Source: an uncultured Oscillospiraceae bacterium (GTDB lineage: Bacteria; Bacillota; Clostridia; Peptostreptococcales; Anaerovoracaceae). From it: a stretch of DNA of 64,000 bases. The notes under the pieces are model-generated. The model did no database searches. It was not told the origin of the DNA and worked only from the letters and a program-made list of their open reading frames with translations. Where the stretch lies: contig CAYFQR010000002.1 of NCBI GenBank assembly GCA_964345365.1, positions 33 through 64,032 on the forward strand, given 5' to 3'. The position numbers and the translations under genes were made by a program. The first letter of the stretch is position 1, and the number at the start of each line of letters is the position of its first letter. Below, in pieces: positions 1 through 9,569 of the stretch.

Positions 1-242
1 ACGCTTACTTGCTTTCTGGTCTTGTCTTTTCTTTCGAATTTGACATCTCCGTCAATCTTAGCAAACAATGTATCATCTCCGCCGATACCTACGTTATTTC
101 CCGGATGGAGCTTGGTTCCTCTCTGTCTGACTAATATGCTGCCTGCGCTTACGAACTGTCCATCGCCGGCTTTTAACCCAAGACGTTTAGACTCAGAGTC
201 GCGACCGTTTTTAGAGCTACCTACACCTTTTTTACTTGCCAT
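1..242 (-). CDS. rpmA: 50S ribosomal protein L27 (C-terminal end cut by window edge)
   Basis: Reverse translation from ATG at 240-242 gives [52 protein letters not shown]..., the L27 signature. It is absent from the ORF track because there is no stop codon inside the window. Confidence 0.9.
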   Translation of the reverse strand, partial: MASKKGVGSSKNGRDSESKRLGLKAGDGQFVSAGSILVRQRGTKLHPGNNVGIGGDDTLFAKIDGDVKFERKDKTRKQVS

Positions 243-272
243 AAGTGCACCTCCTAACTAAAAATCAGTAAA

Positions 273-785
273 TTACTTGCCAGCGTTTTCAATAGCTTCG
301 ATGATTACAGCCTTAGTTGCTTTTTCATCGATTGCAATATTGTTAGCTTTAGCAATAGCAATAAGTTCATCTTTTTTCATTGAAGCCGATACTTTAATAG
401 TTTCTGCCGCTACAGCTTCTTCTACTACGGCTTCTGCTTTCGGTTCGGATTTTTTCTCTGCCTTCTTAGGTGCAGCTTTACCGCCGAGTGAAGTAATCTC
501 AACTTCCGTGAACGGCTGTCTGTGTCCCTGTTTCTTTCTGTAGTCCTTCTTAGCCTTATACTTGAAGATAACTACTTTCTTGCCTTTTCCTTCGCTTAAA
601 ACAGTTCCCTCTACTACGTCTCCCGTGTAAGGTGTCCCGATTTTAACGTCGGCACCCTCTCCGATTACGAGAACATGGTCAAAGCTAACCTTCTCGCCTT
701 CTTTGACATTGAGTTTCTCTACTCTTATAACGTCTCCGTTCTCTACTCTGTACTGCTTGCCGCCTGTTTCGATAATTGCGTACAT
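273..785 (-). CDS. rplU: 50S ribosomal protein L21 with a ~68-aa C-terminal extension
   Basis: MYAIIETGGKQYRV... is the L21 signature. I chose the internal ATG at 783-785, which is preceded by AGGAGG. The canonical domain ends near ...FTEVEITSLGG, followed by a K/A/E-rich linker and a helical tail. Confidence 0.9.
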   Translation of the reverse strand: MYAIIETGGKQYRVENGDVIRVEKLNVKEGEKVSFDHVLVIGEGADVKIGTPYTGDVVEGTVLSEGKGKKVVIFKYKAKKDYRKKQGHRQPFTEVEITSLGGKAAPKKAEKKSEPKAEAVVEEAVAAETIKVSASMKKDELIAIAKANNIAIDEKATKAVIIEAIENAGK

Positions 786-882
786 GCTTTTCTTTCCTCC
801 TTTATCAGGTCTCGCCATTAACGGTAGCGATAATTATTTTTATCGCACTTCAAAAAACCGTATTTGAGCGGTCAACCATTAG

Positions 883-911
883 ATAATATCAAAGAACAAT
901 CTAAAAGTCAA
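883..911 (-). promoter_or_regulatory. Candidate sigma-A promoter for rplU-rpmA
   Basis: On the minus strand: TTGACT (plus 906-911), a 17-nt spacer, then TATTAT (plus 883-888). It lies ~95 nt upstream of the rplU start, leaving room for an L21-type leader. Confidence 0.45.
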
Positions 912-933
912 GAAAAACTTCTTGACTTTTAGA
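900..933 (-). terminator. Hairpin downstream of recA, a likely terminator that overlaps the rplU -35 box
   Basis: Perfect 15-bp inverted repeat TCTAAAAGTCAAGAA-aaac-TTCTTGACTTTTAGA, followed on the minus strand by a T-rich stretch (ttgttcttt). Confidence 0.55.
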
Positions 934-1048
934 ATTTATTTACTACTTTTTATAAATTTGGAGTGAAAGCACACAAGAAGACTTATTTTTGGGGTAATTA
1001 TCCCACATATTCCCATGTTTTTTCATTCCAATGAATCGCAAAAATATG

Positions 1049-2155
1049 TTATTTTTCGATTATCACGCCGTCCTCATCGACGAAAAGGTCCATAATTTCG
1101 TCAAGTTCGCTCTGGTTTATATCGTTATCAGCCTCCTGCTCCGAAGCCGGTGTGCTCTTAAGAGTTTCTCGGAGAAGCGTTTCTATCTTATCCATAGTGT
1201 CACGATGCTGAATGAGATAATCCTTGACGTTTTCTCTTCCCTGTCCTATTCTCTCTCCTTCAAAACTGTACCATGAACCGGCTTTGTCGACAATCTTCGC
1301 CTCGACCGCGCAATCCAATATATCGCCCGCTTTTGAGATGCCGTGTCCGTCCATTATGTCGAATTCGGAAATCTTGAACGGAGGGGCCACCTTGTTCTTG
1401 ACTATCTTGACTCTCGTGCGGTTGCCGATGACATTATCTCCGACCTTCAGGCTCTCCACACGCCTGACATCAAACCTCATTGACGAATAGAACTTAAGAG
1501 CCCTGCCGCCTGTCGTAACCTCAGGGTTGCCGAACATGATTCCGACCTTTTCACGAAGCTGGTTGATAAATATGACACAGGTATTTGACTTATTAACCGT
1601 ACCCGTAATCTTACGAAGAGCCTGAGACATAAGCCTTGCCTGCAGACCTACATGTGAGTCTCCCATCTCCCCCTGTATCTCGGCACGCGGCACAAGAGCC
1701 GCTACGGAGTCAATTACGATAATATCGAGAGCTGCTGAGCGTGCGAGCATGTCACAAATCTCAAGCGCCTGTTCTCCTGTATCGGGCTGCGAAACGAGAA
1801 GTTCGTCAACATTGACGCCGAGATTCCTCGCATATGCGGGGTCGAGCGCGTGCTCCGCATCTATGAATGCAGCTCTGCCGCCTGTCTTCTGCGCCTCAGC
1901 CACTATGTGAAGCGCAAGCGTGGTCTTACCTGACGACTCCGGTCCGAAGATTTCAACAATCCTTCCCTTAGGAACACCGCCTATACCCGTTGCGATGTCA
2001 AGCGATATAGAGCCCGTAGAAATCGCGTCGATGTTAAGATGAGTTTCGTCACCAAGTTTCATTATGGAACCCTTCCCGAACTGCTTCTGTATCTGTGCGA
2101 GAGCGGCTTCAAGGGCCTTATCTTTATCGGATTTATTAACTGTATTATTTGCCAT
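1049..2155 (-). CDS. recA: Recombinase RecA
   Basis: 368 aa. Contains [23 protein letters not shown], the Walker A motif [12 protein letters not shown], and RecA core motifs. Confidence 0.98.
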   Translation of the reverse strand: MANNTVNKSDKDKALEAALAQIQKQFGKGSIMKLGDETHLNIDAISTGSISLDIATGIGGVPKGRIVEIFGPESSGKTTLALHIVAEAQKTGGRAAFIDAEHALDPAYARNLGVNVDELLVSQPDTGEQALEICDMLARSAALDIIVIDSVAALVPRAEIQGEMGDSHVGLQARLMSQALRKITGTVNKSNTCVIFINQLREKVGIMFGNPEVTTGGRALKFYSSMRFDVRRVESLKVGDNVIGNRTRVKIVKNKVAPPFKISEFDIMDGHGISKAGDILDCAVEAKIVDKAGSWYSFEGERIGQGRENVKDYLIQHRDTMDKIETLLRETLKSTPASEQEADNDINQSELDEIMDLFVDEDGVIIEK

Positions 2156-2284
2156 AATCTGTCTCCTTAATAAAATAGAACATTTGTTCGTGTTTTAATC
2201 ATACACTAATTTCTTTGTCCGGTCAAGGAAAATTTAAGGATATTATGCAATTATTTAAACTGTCGAAACAGGTTAAATCAAATA

Positions 2285-2884
2285 TTACAATGCTGCGATT
2301 ATCTCATCATAAAGCTCATCGAAAGTTTCAAGAGCTTTGTACATAGGATAGTCTTTTTTCAGCTGCTCGGTACTTCTGAAAAGGAAGCCTTTTTTAGAAG
2401 CCTGAATCATGCCGAGGTCGTTAAAGCTGTCCCCTGCCGCTATCGTTTCAAACCCCATAGCCTGCAAGCATTTTACCGTTGTCAATTTTGATTCTTTACA
2501 TCTCATTTTGAAATCGATTATTTCACCGTTTTCGCCGACCACGAGTTCATTGCAGAATATCGTAGGATAACCCATCTTCTTAACCAGCGGTTCTGCGAAC
2601 TGAGTGAAGGTATCGCTTAGAATAATCACCTGTGTCTTAGCCCTGAGCTTATCCATGAACTCTTTCGCTCCGGGAAGCAGGTCTATCTTTGATATCGTTT
2701 CCTGAATCTCTTTAAGACCCAAGCCGTGTTCCCTTAATATATCCAGCCTGTAATTCATGAGCTTGTCATAATCAGGCTCGTCTCTCGTAGTTCTCCTTAA
2801 TTCAGGTATTCCGGTCTCCTCTGCAAATGCAATCCAAATCTCCGGCGTAAGAACACCCTCCATATCCAAACATACTACGTTCAT
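2285..2884 (-). CDS. thrH: HAD-family phosphoserine phosphatase / homoserine phosphotransferase (ThrH-like)
   Basis: 199 aa. The DMEGVL nucleophile motif and ...PEIWIAFAEETGI...RTTRDEPDYDKLM...ILSDTF... closely track Pseudomonas ThrH as I recall it. Confidence 0.7.
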   Translation of the reverse strand: MNVVCLDMEGVLTPEIWIAFAEETGIPELRRTTRDEPDYDKLMNYRLDILREHGLGLKEIQETISKIDLLPGAKEFMDKLRAKTQVIILSDTFTQFAEPLVKKMGYPTIFCNELVVGENGEIIDFKMRCKESKLTTVKCLQAMGFETIAAGDSFNDLGMIQASKKGFLFRSTEQLKKDYPMYKALETFDELYDEIIAAL

Positions 2885-2886
2885 AC

Positions 2887-3825
2887 TTATTCCTCCTCGT
2901 TTTTTTTATTTGTAAATACGCTCAGCAACCTTCTGAGAAAAGGTTTTGCCGGCACTACATTTTCTATTTTTTCGTTAAAAAGCAGTTTCCTTATGGCGTA
3001 AGCCACCCCTTCGTCCTCATTTGAAAGGGTGATATAGTCCGCAACATCTTTTACCTCGTCCTCACCGTTCGCCATAGCGACTCCGAAGCCCGCTTCCTTT
3101 ATCATATCTATATCGTTCGGACTGTCGCCGAAAGCGATTACCCTCTCAAGCCCTATCCCGGTAAGCTCCGACAGGATTCTGAGCGCGTTCGCCTTTGAAG
3201 TTGTTTCGGCTCCGATTTCAAGGTTCGCCTTGGTAGAAGAAGTCAAAGTGAAACCGCTGAGCTTACCGAGCCTCTCTCTCATTTCAGCCTTGTCTTCCTG
3301 CTCCCTGAAGTGAATATTGATATTTTCTATTTTATCGATATTGTCTCTCCAGAATTGCCATATATCCGGCACCGGCTTCCTCGTGCGTAATATATATTTT
3401 GCGCTCAAAAAATCCGAGCCGTTCAATTTCAAATCGTCATAAAGTGACTGTGAAACGAAAGCTTCTCCTTCAGAAAAAACTTCCACCGGATGCGCCATAT
3501 CTTTCAAGAAATCAACCAACATTGCGGAAGTTTCTGCGTCAATATATCCCGAATAAAGAAAGTTACCCGTCGCAACTTCAACGATGTGGGCGCCGTTTGA
3601 ACAAAGCACGTATTCAAGTCCCTCAATGCCGAGAACATAATCGGGAACCGCAACTATAGGTCTCCCCGTCGCAATCACGACATGATAGCCTCGCCTTATG
3701 GCTTCCTCCAATGTCTCCTTCGTCCTCCTCGTAAGCCCTGCCCTTGTCAATGTAGTGTAGTCAAGGTCGAGTGCGATAAGCCCGATGTCCTCGGGCAAAG
3801 TCCTTTTTGAATTATTTACTGTCAT
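2887..3825 (-). CDS. Cof-type HAD-IIB phosphatase
   Basis: 312 aa. Has LDLDYTTL (DxD motif), ATGRP, and the C-terminal GDSPNDIDM motif. Confidence 0.85.
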   Translation of the reverse strand: MTVNNSKRTLPEDIGLIALDLDYTTLTRAGLTRRTKETLEEAIRRGYHVVIATGRPIVAVPDYVLGIEGLEYVLCSNGAHIVEVATGNFLYSGYIDAETSAMLVDFLKDMAHPVEVFSEGEAFVSQSLYDDLKLNGSDFLSAKYILRTRKPVPDIWQFWRDNIDKIENINIHFREQEDKAEMRERLGKLSGFTLTSSTKANLEIGAETTSKANALRILSELTGIGLERVIAFGDSPNDIDMIKEAGFGVAMANGEDEVKDVADYITLSNEDEGVAYAIRKLLFNEKIENVVPAKPFLRRLLSVFTNKKNEEE

Positions 3826-5054
3826 TTTATCAGCCTGTATACCTCGTTAACCATTCTTAAAGCAAAATATATCCTGTTATATTCTCTGCCCTTGCTCCTC
3901 CTTTTGACTTCAACACACTCGGTTTTTCCCATATATGAAATACCTATATATGCCAGTCCCGCAGGTTTATCGGGGCTTAAGTCATCCGGTCCGGCAACAC
4001 CTGTTATAGATATACAGATGTCCGAACCCGTTTTCTTTTTGAGGCCTTCCGCCATCTCGACGGCAACCTCCTCGGATTCAGCGGTATATTTTTTCAAAGT
4101 TTCGGGTTTCACATATAGCTCTTCCTCTTTCGCTCTATACGAATAGGTGACGATTCCTCTGTCGAAAACCTTTGAAATGCCCGGAACATCCGTGAACATC
4201 TTCGCAAATAAGCCGCCCGTGCAACTCTCACAACAAGAGATGCTTATATTCTTTTCAATAAGAAGCCTGCCGACAATGTCAATGAGATTCTCATTGTTTT
4301 CACTATAAATATAATCGCCGATTATTCCCTTTACTTTCTCTATCATCTCAAGGCAAGCCCTTTCAGCCTCTGCGTAGGTGCTGCGCTTTGAGGTGATTCT
4401 GAGACTGCACTCTCCTTCCTTCGCATAAGTGGCGATAGTAGGGTCGGTCTGGCCGTCAATCAGCGGCAGGAGCATCGTTTCAAGTGTAGACTCCCCAAGG
4501 TTTCTTGTCCTGATTATTCTGTAATAGATTACACCGTCCCTTTTTTTCTCAAGGTACGGAACCACATGTGCATTAAATATCGACTTCATTTCATTAGGCG
4601 GTCCCGGAAGTGCAACCACTACTTTGCCGTTCTTTTCCAGGAGAAATCCCGGTGCCGTTCCCGCAGAATTTGTTAAAACTATCGCATTCAACGGGAAAAA
4701 TGCCTGTTTAAGATTATTGTCCGACCACTTATACTTTGCTTTTTCAAAGTGATTTTTTATCTTTTCGGTTTCTTCGGGGAACTCCACAAGTTCTTCCCCG
4801 AAATACTCCGTTATTATCTCTTTTGTTATGTCATCCTGCGTAGGGCCGAGACCACCCGTTGTGATTACCATATCGCAATCCTCGTACGCGACATCAAGCA
4901 TCTTTTTAAGTCTCTTCGGGTTGTCACCCACCGAATAATGATACAGCACATCCATGCCTAAGTTTTGAAGCTGCTCCGAAATATAGGCAGCATTTGTATT
5001 TACAATTTGTCCGAACAGTATCTCTGTTCCTACCGTCAATATCGCCGTTTTCAT
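3822..5054 (-). CDS. cinA: Competence/damage-inducible protein CinA (MoCF-binding domain plus PncC-type nicotinamide-nucleotide amidase)
   Basis: 410 aa. Has MKTAILTVGTEILFGQIVNTN, and the C-terminal half contains CCESCTGG. Confidence 0.9.
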   Translation of the reverse strand: MKTAILTVGTEILFGQIVNTNAAYISEQLQNLGMDVLYHYSVGDNPKRLKKMLDVAYEDCDMVITTGGLGPTQDDITKEIITEYFGEELVEFPEETEKIKNHFEKAKYKWSDNNLKQAFFPLNAIVLTNSAGTAPGFLLEKNGKVVVALPGPPNEMKSIFNAHVVPYLEKKRDGVIYYRIIRTRNLGESTLETMLLPLIDGQTDPTIATYAKEGECSLRITSKRSTYAEAERACLEMIEKVKGIIGDYIYSENNENLIDIVGRLLIEKNISISCCESCTGGLFAKMFTDVPGISKVFDRGIVTYSYRAKEEELYVKPETLKKYTAESEEVAVEMAEGLKKKTGSDICISITGVAGPDDLSPDKPAGLAYIGISYMGKTECVEVKRRSKGREYNRIYFALRMVNEVYRLIK

Positions 5055-5146
5055 AATTATCCTTTAATTTATTTACCTCGATAAAAATTATAAACTTAAA
5101 TTATAAACTGTATATTGTCAAATCTAAATTTCCTAATACGAAACCG

Positions 5147-5671
5147 TTACTCCGAAAACACCTGCTTGTTATCGAGTACATACTCGATTCCGGAAATTAC
5201 GGTCATGATGAGTGCAGCATAAAGCATTACCTGTGAAGCAGCGAAATACCAATCCGTTTCCATCACGGGACATAAGAGCAGCATACATACCGCTATCATC
5301 TGAAGTACGGTCTTTATTTTGCCGCTCATACGAGCTGCTATGACTATGCCCTCGGATGCAGCCACCGTTCTCACGCCTGCGACCAAAAACTCCCTTGCGA
5401 GTATCAAGACGAACACCCATGCGGGTACATATTTCGGCACCATTAAACAAAACGCGGAATACACAAGGATTTTATCTGCAAGAGGGTCCATAATCTTTCC
5501 GAAATTTGTTATAAGATTATGTTTGCGGGCTATCTGTCCGTCAAGCATATCTGTAAATGATGCCGCAATAAAAATTATGAAAGCAGGAATATACCGGCCT
5601 GTCATATATGCCGCTATAAAAAACGGAACGGCTATCACTCTTGCAACTGTAAGTTTATTAGGCAAATTCAT
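5147..5671 (-). CDS. pgsA: CDP-diacylglycerol--glycerol-3-phosphate 3-phosphatidyltransferase
   Basis: 174 aa membrane protein with the CDP-alcohol phosphatidyltransferase motif DMLDGQIARK...DPLADK. Confidence 0.9.
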   Translation of the reverse strand: MNLPNKLTVARVIAVPFFIAAYMTGRYIPAFIIFIAASFTDMLDGQIARKHNLITNFGKIMDPLADKILVYSAFCLMVPKYVPAWVFVLILAREFLVAGVRTVAASEGIVIAARMSGKIKTVLQMIAVCMLLLCPVMETDWYFAASQVMLYAALIMTVISGIEYVLDNKQVFSE

Positions 5672-6993
5672 CCCTGTTCCTCCACTTCTCTTCCGACAAG
5701 GTCATAATCATAAGCATCGATTATCTCAACCTTTACGATATCTCCTGCCTCTAATTCTCTGTTTGCACTGAATATGACGGAATTATCAATTTCGGGGGCG
5801 TCATATTCCGTTCTCCCGATATAACTGCCGTCATCGTCACGTGCTTCCACAAGTACAGACAGTGTCTTTCCGATTAGATTCCGATTCAGTTCATAGCTGA
5901 TTTCAAGCTGTAACCGCATTACTCGGTCGAGGCGTTCCTGTTTTACGGATTCTTCTATCTGATTATCCATATCGCCCGCAACAGTTCCCTCTTCCCTTGA
6001 ATATGCAAAACATCCGAGCCTGCTGAATCTCTGTTCGCTTACGAAGTTCAAAAGCTCCTCAAAGTCCTTTTCGGTTTCGCCGGGGAAACCGACAATGAGA
6101 GTTGTCCTAATAGCAATATCAGGTACAGCTTCACGGAGCTTCTTAATCGTATCTCTGATGCTCTCCGCAGTCGAGCGTCTTCTCATAGACCTGAGCACGC
6201 TGTCCGACGAATGCTGAATCGGAATATCGATATATTTGCATATCTTAGGCTCATCTTTTATCACTTCAATAAGCTCATCGTCTATCCTGTCTTCATAGCA
6301 ATACATGAGCCTTATCCACTCTATCCCGTCAATCTTGACAAGTGAGCGCAAAAGTTTCGGCAGACATCTCTTTCCATACAAGTCATAACCGTAAATTGTC
6401 ACGTCCTGAGCTATAAGTATCAGCTCTTTACAACCCTTTGAAGCAAGAATCTCAGCTTCATTCAAGATGTCTTCCTCTTTCTTACTCCTGAAACTCCCCC
6501 TTATATGCGGTATTACGCAGTATGCACAGCGATTGTCGCAGCCTTCCGCGATTTTTAGGGTGGCGGAGTAAGGATTATCCGAAAGCACTCTCTCGCTATA
6601 CTTCAAAAAATCATCATGGGAATGAGTTACATTGCACCTTTTCTCGAAATTTCCGAGGCTTTTTAAGATTTCGGGAAGCTTATGATATTCGTTGACACCG
6701 ATAAACATATCGACCTCCGGCATCTCAAGTGTAAGCTCCTGCGAATATCTTTCCGAAAGGCAGCCGGAAACGACAAGTTTCTTTCCGCCGGCTTTATATT
6801 CCGCCATCTCGAATATTTTCTCAATAGACTCCCTTTTGGCATCGTTTATAAAACCGCAGGTGTTAACAACTATGACATCCGCATCGTCGGGGTTGTCGGC
6901 AAGCTCGAAACCGTCTTTTATGAGGAAGCCCTTTGCAACCTCACTGTCATTGAAATTCTTAGGACAACCTAATGTTTCAAAAAATATTTTCAT
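5668..6993 (-). CDS. rimO: Ribosomal protein S12 methylthiotransferase RimO
   Basis: 441 aa. N-terminal LGCPKN, a radical-SAM CxxxCxxC motif (CDNRCAYC) and a TRAM-like C-terminus. The stop overlaps the pgsA start. Confidence 0.85.
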   Translation of the reverse strand: MKIFFETLGCPKNFNDSEVAKGFLIKDGFELADNPDDADVIVVNTCGFINDAKRESIEKIFEMAEYKAGGKKLVVSGCLSERYSQELTLEMPEVDMFIGVNEYHKLPEILKSLGNFEKRCNVTHSHDDFLKYSERVLSDNPYSATLKIAEGCDNRCAYCVIPHIRGSFRSKKEEDILNEAEILASKGCKELILIAQDVTIYGYDLYGKRCLPKLLRSLVKIDGIEWIRLMYCYEDRIDDELIEVIKDEPKICKYIDIPIQHSSDSVLRSMRRRSTAESIRDTIKKLREAVPDIAIRTTLIVGFPGETEKDFEELLNFVSEQRFSRLGCFAYSREEGTVAGDMDNQIEESVKQERLDRVMRLQLEISYELNRNLIGKTLSVLVEARDDDGSYIGRTEYDAPEIDNSVIFSANRELEAGDIVKVEIIDAYDYDLVGREVEEQG

Positions 6994-9557
6994 TAAAACA
7001 ATGTCTCCTGTTTGTTCTGATTTTCGGCATAAGCCTCAAACTCCTCTCTCGTCATCAAAACCTGACGAGGTCTTGAGCCGTCCTGAGGGCCCACAACGCC
7101 CATCTCCTCCATTATATCGACTATCCTCGCCGCTCTGTTATATCCGATTCTGAATCTTCTCTGGAGCATTGATACCGATGCCTGCCCCGAATCTATCACA
7201 AGCTCCATAGCATCCATAAGAAGTTCGTCCGTATCGGCGGAATTACCGTCGGAGGCTCCGTTTCCGTTCACATCCGAGCGCTCAATTCTCGCTAAAATCT
7301 CCTTCTGTTTGCTGTCATCGGCATTGGCGACAGACTGTGATTTCACATAGTCTATTACTGAATTAACCTCTCTGTCGCTCACGAAACAACCCTGTATTCT
7401 GGTCGGCTCACCCTGCCCCATAGGTCTAAACAACATATCGCCTTTACCTAAAAGCTTTTCTGCACCTTTTTCGTCAAGTATAGTCTGTGAATCCACATGT
7501 GAAGATACCGCAAAAGCAATACGTGAAGGTATATTTGCCTTAATCACTCCCGTTAATACATCCACAGACGGCCTCTGAGTCGCGACAATCAGATGCATCC
7601 CGGCCGCACGGGCTTTTTGAGCTATCCTGCAGATCGAATCCTGAACCTGCGAAGATGCCGCCATCATTAAATCCGCAAGCTCGTCTATGACAATGACTAT
7701 TTGCGGAATGACTTTTTCTTCCTCATTGCTCAACCTTACAATATCATTGTATGTTTCAAGGTCTTTCGCACCCTCGGTATGAAATTTATTATACCTTTCC
7801 TCCATTTCCGCAACCGCCCAGTTGAGTGCAGCTGCGGCTTTCGTAGGGTCTGTAACCACCGGTATTAAAAGATGCGGTATACCGTTATAGTTGGAAAGTT
7901 CGACAACCTTAGGGTCGATTATAATCATCTTCACCTCATCGGGAGTCGCCTTGTATAGAAGCGAAGTAATAATTGAATTGATACATACAGATTTACCGGA
8001 ACCGGTAGAGCCGGCGATAAGGAGATGCGGCATAGCTTTAAGGTCTCCTACAATAACGTTTCCCGAAATATTCTTGCCTACCGCAAAAGTAATCTTTGAT
8101 TTTGCTTCCTTAAAGGCGGGTGAATCAATGATTTCCCTCAAGTTGACAGGAGAAAATCCTTCATTCTCTATTTCAATTCCTATCGCCGCCTTTCCCGGTA
8201 TCGGGGCTTCTATCCTGATGCTCCTTGCTCTGAGATTGAGTGCGATGTCATCGGCAAGATTTACAACCTTTGCCACCTTGACACCGACAGCGGGCTGTAT
8301 TTCATACCTTGTGACCGTAGGCCCCTGTGTGACCTGAACCACCGATGCATCGACGTTGAATGAACGGAGAGTTTCTTCAAGCTTCATAGCTTTTGCCTTA
8401 AGAGAGCTCTCCGGCTCTTTATTGGCGGCTACCGCCCTGTTAAGCAGATTTATCGGCGGAAGCTTATATTTCTTACCCGTAGGAGAAATATTCAATTCCT
8501 CGCTTTTAAGCATAGCCTCACTCGCTTCTCTGTTTGTTATCCTCTTTTGAGGCTCCTTGTCAGCCGTACCGTACTCCTGAGAAACAATATTGTCAACGAT
8601 GACGTCATCTCCATCCAGCCCGTAGCCTGACACCTGAACTCTCGGTTCCTCAAGGCCGTAGCTTCCGCTTTCGGTTCTGCCGAACAGAGAATCATCCTTC
8701 ATATAGCCTATAATCGTCTTTTTGCCGGCTGAATTATTGACACCGGTTTCTGCTTTCGCCGACGGAGGTATATATTCCTCTTCTCTTCTTGATGCGACAG
8801 TTCCGGCTGATACGGTCGAAGGCTTTTGAATATCGGTCTTCGACGGTCTTTTAACCTCAGGCCAAGGGTCGTTATTCATCACTGTCTGCGTTCCCTGTTC
8901 GTCTTGGTAAACCTCGTCCAAATGAGAGTGTTCCTTGATAAGACGCCTCTCCTCCAGCTTTTCACTTATCTTATGTATGAATCTTGAAAGCGGTGTATTG
9001 ATTAGTAAAAGAAGACAAACGAGCGCAGTGACTATCGAAAAAATCCAGCAACCTGCAACACCGAGCCATTTAATAAGAGCCGATGCGATGAGCATGCCTA
9101 TGAAGCCGCCGGATTCAAGCAGAATTCCTTTGGTATAGAAACCTGAAAGTGCCGCCTTGCTCCATACTATCTGTTCCGCGGAAACGAATCGAATCGAATT
9201 CATCGTGCAAAGCATGAATATGAATAAAAGCATCAACGGAACCGTTCTTACACTGAAATGAGAGGTTTTTCTTGCGAACAGAAGTACACCGAATATAACC
9301 ATGAAAACGGGCAGGACAAAAGATATCCAACCGAAAGTCCCTCTCATAACTTCTCTTAATATGTTTCCTAATTTTCCGGCACCCTCCGTAAAAACAGCAA
9401 CAGCAAAAAACACGCCGATTGCGATAATGATTATCGCCCATATCTCGTCCATTACACGTTTGTCCGCTTTTCTCTTAGCCTGTATCTCTTCAGCTTTCTG
9501 TCTTGCCCTTGATGTCGGTTTCGATTTTGAAGCACCCCTGCCGCTAGCGTTAGCCAT
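6993..9557 (-). CDS. ftsK: DNA translocase FtsK/SpoIIIE
   Basis: 854 aa. N-terminal transmembrane segments, the motor domain with GSTGSGKSV Walker A, and a C-terminal gamma winged-helix domain (LQRRFRIGYNRAARI). Confidence 0.93.
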   Translation of the reverse strand: MANASGRGASKSKPTSRARQKAEEIQAKRKADKRVMDEIWAIIIIAIGVFFAVAVFTEGAGKLGNILREVMRGTFGWISFVLPVFMVIFGVLLFARKTSHFSVRTVPLMLLFIFMLCTMNSIRFVSAEQIVWSKAALSGFYTKGILLESGGFIGMLIASALIKWLGVAGCWIFSIVTALVCLLLLINTPLSRFIHKISEKLEERRLIKEHSHLDEVYQDEQGTQTVMNNDPWPEVKRPSKTDIQKPSTVSAGTVASRREEEYIPPSAKAETGVNNSAGKKTIIGYMKDDSLFGRTESGSYGLEEPRVQVSGYGLDGDDVIVDNIVSQEYGTADKEPQKRITNREASEAMLKSEELNISPTGKKYKLPPINLLNRAVAANKEPESSLKAKAMKLEETLRSFNVDASVVQVTQGPTVTRYEIQPAVGVKVAKVVNLADDIALNLRARSIRIEAPIPGKAAIGIEIENEGFSPVNLREIIDSPAFKEAKSKITFAVGKNISGNVIVGDLKAMPHLLIAGSTGSGKSVCINSIITSLLYKATPDEVKMIIIDPKVVELSNYNGIPHLLIPVVTDPTKAAAALNWAVAEMEERYNKFHTEGAKDLETYNDIVRLSNEEEKVIPQIVIVIDELADLMMAASSQVQDSICRIAQKARAAGMHLIVATQRPSVDVLTGVIKANIPSRIAFAVSSHVDSQTILDEKGAEKLLGKGDMLFRPMGQGEPTRIQGCFVSDREVNSVIDYVKSQSVANADDSKQKEILARIERSDVNGNGASDGNSADTDELLMDAMELVIDSGQASVSMLQRRFRIGYNRAARIVDIMEEMGVVGPQDGSRPRQVLMTREEFEAYAENQNKQETLF

Positions 9558-9569
9558 AGTGATTTCTCC

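Noticed and set aside
5169-5450. Same-strand alternative-frame ORFs inside pgsA (93 aa), ftsK (9115-9441), uppP (9964-10224), ftsY (25042-25287) and glyA (30955-31149, 31907-32152).
   Set aside because: They are fully nested in strongly supported CDSs, have Arg/Cys-rich compositions typical of out-of-frame translation, and show no independent start signals.
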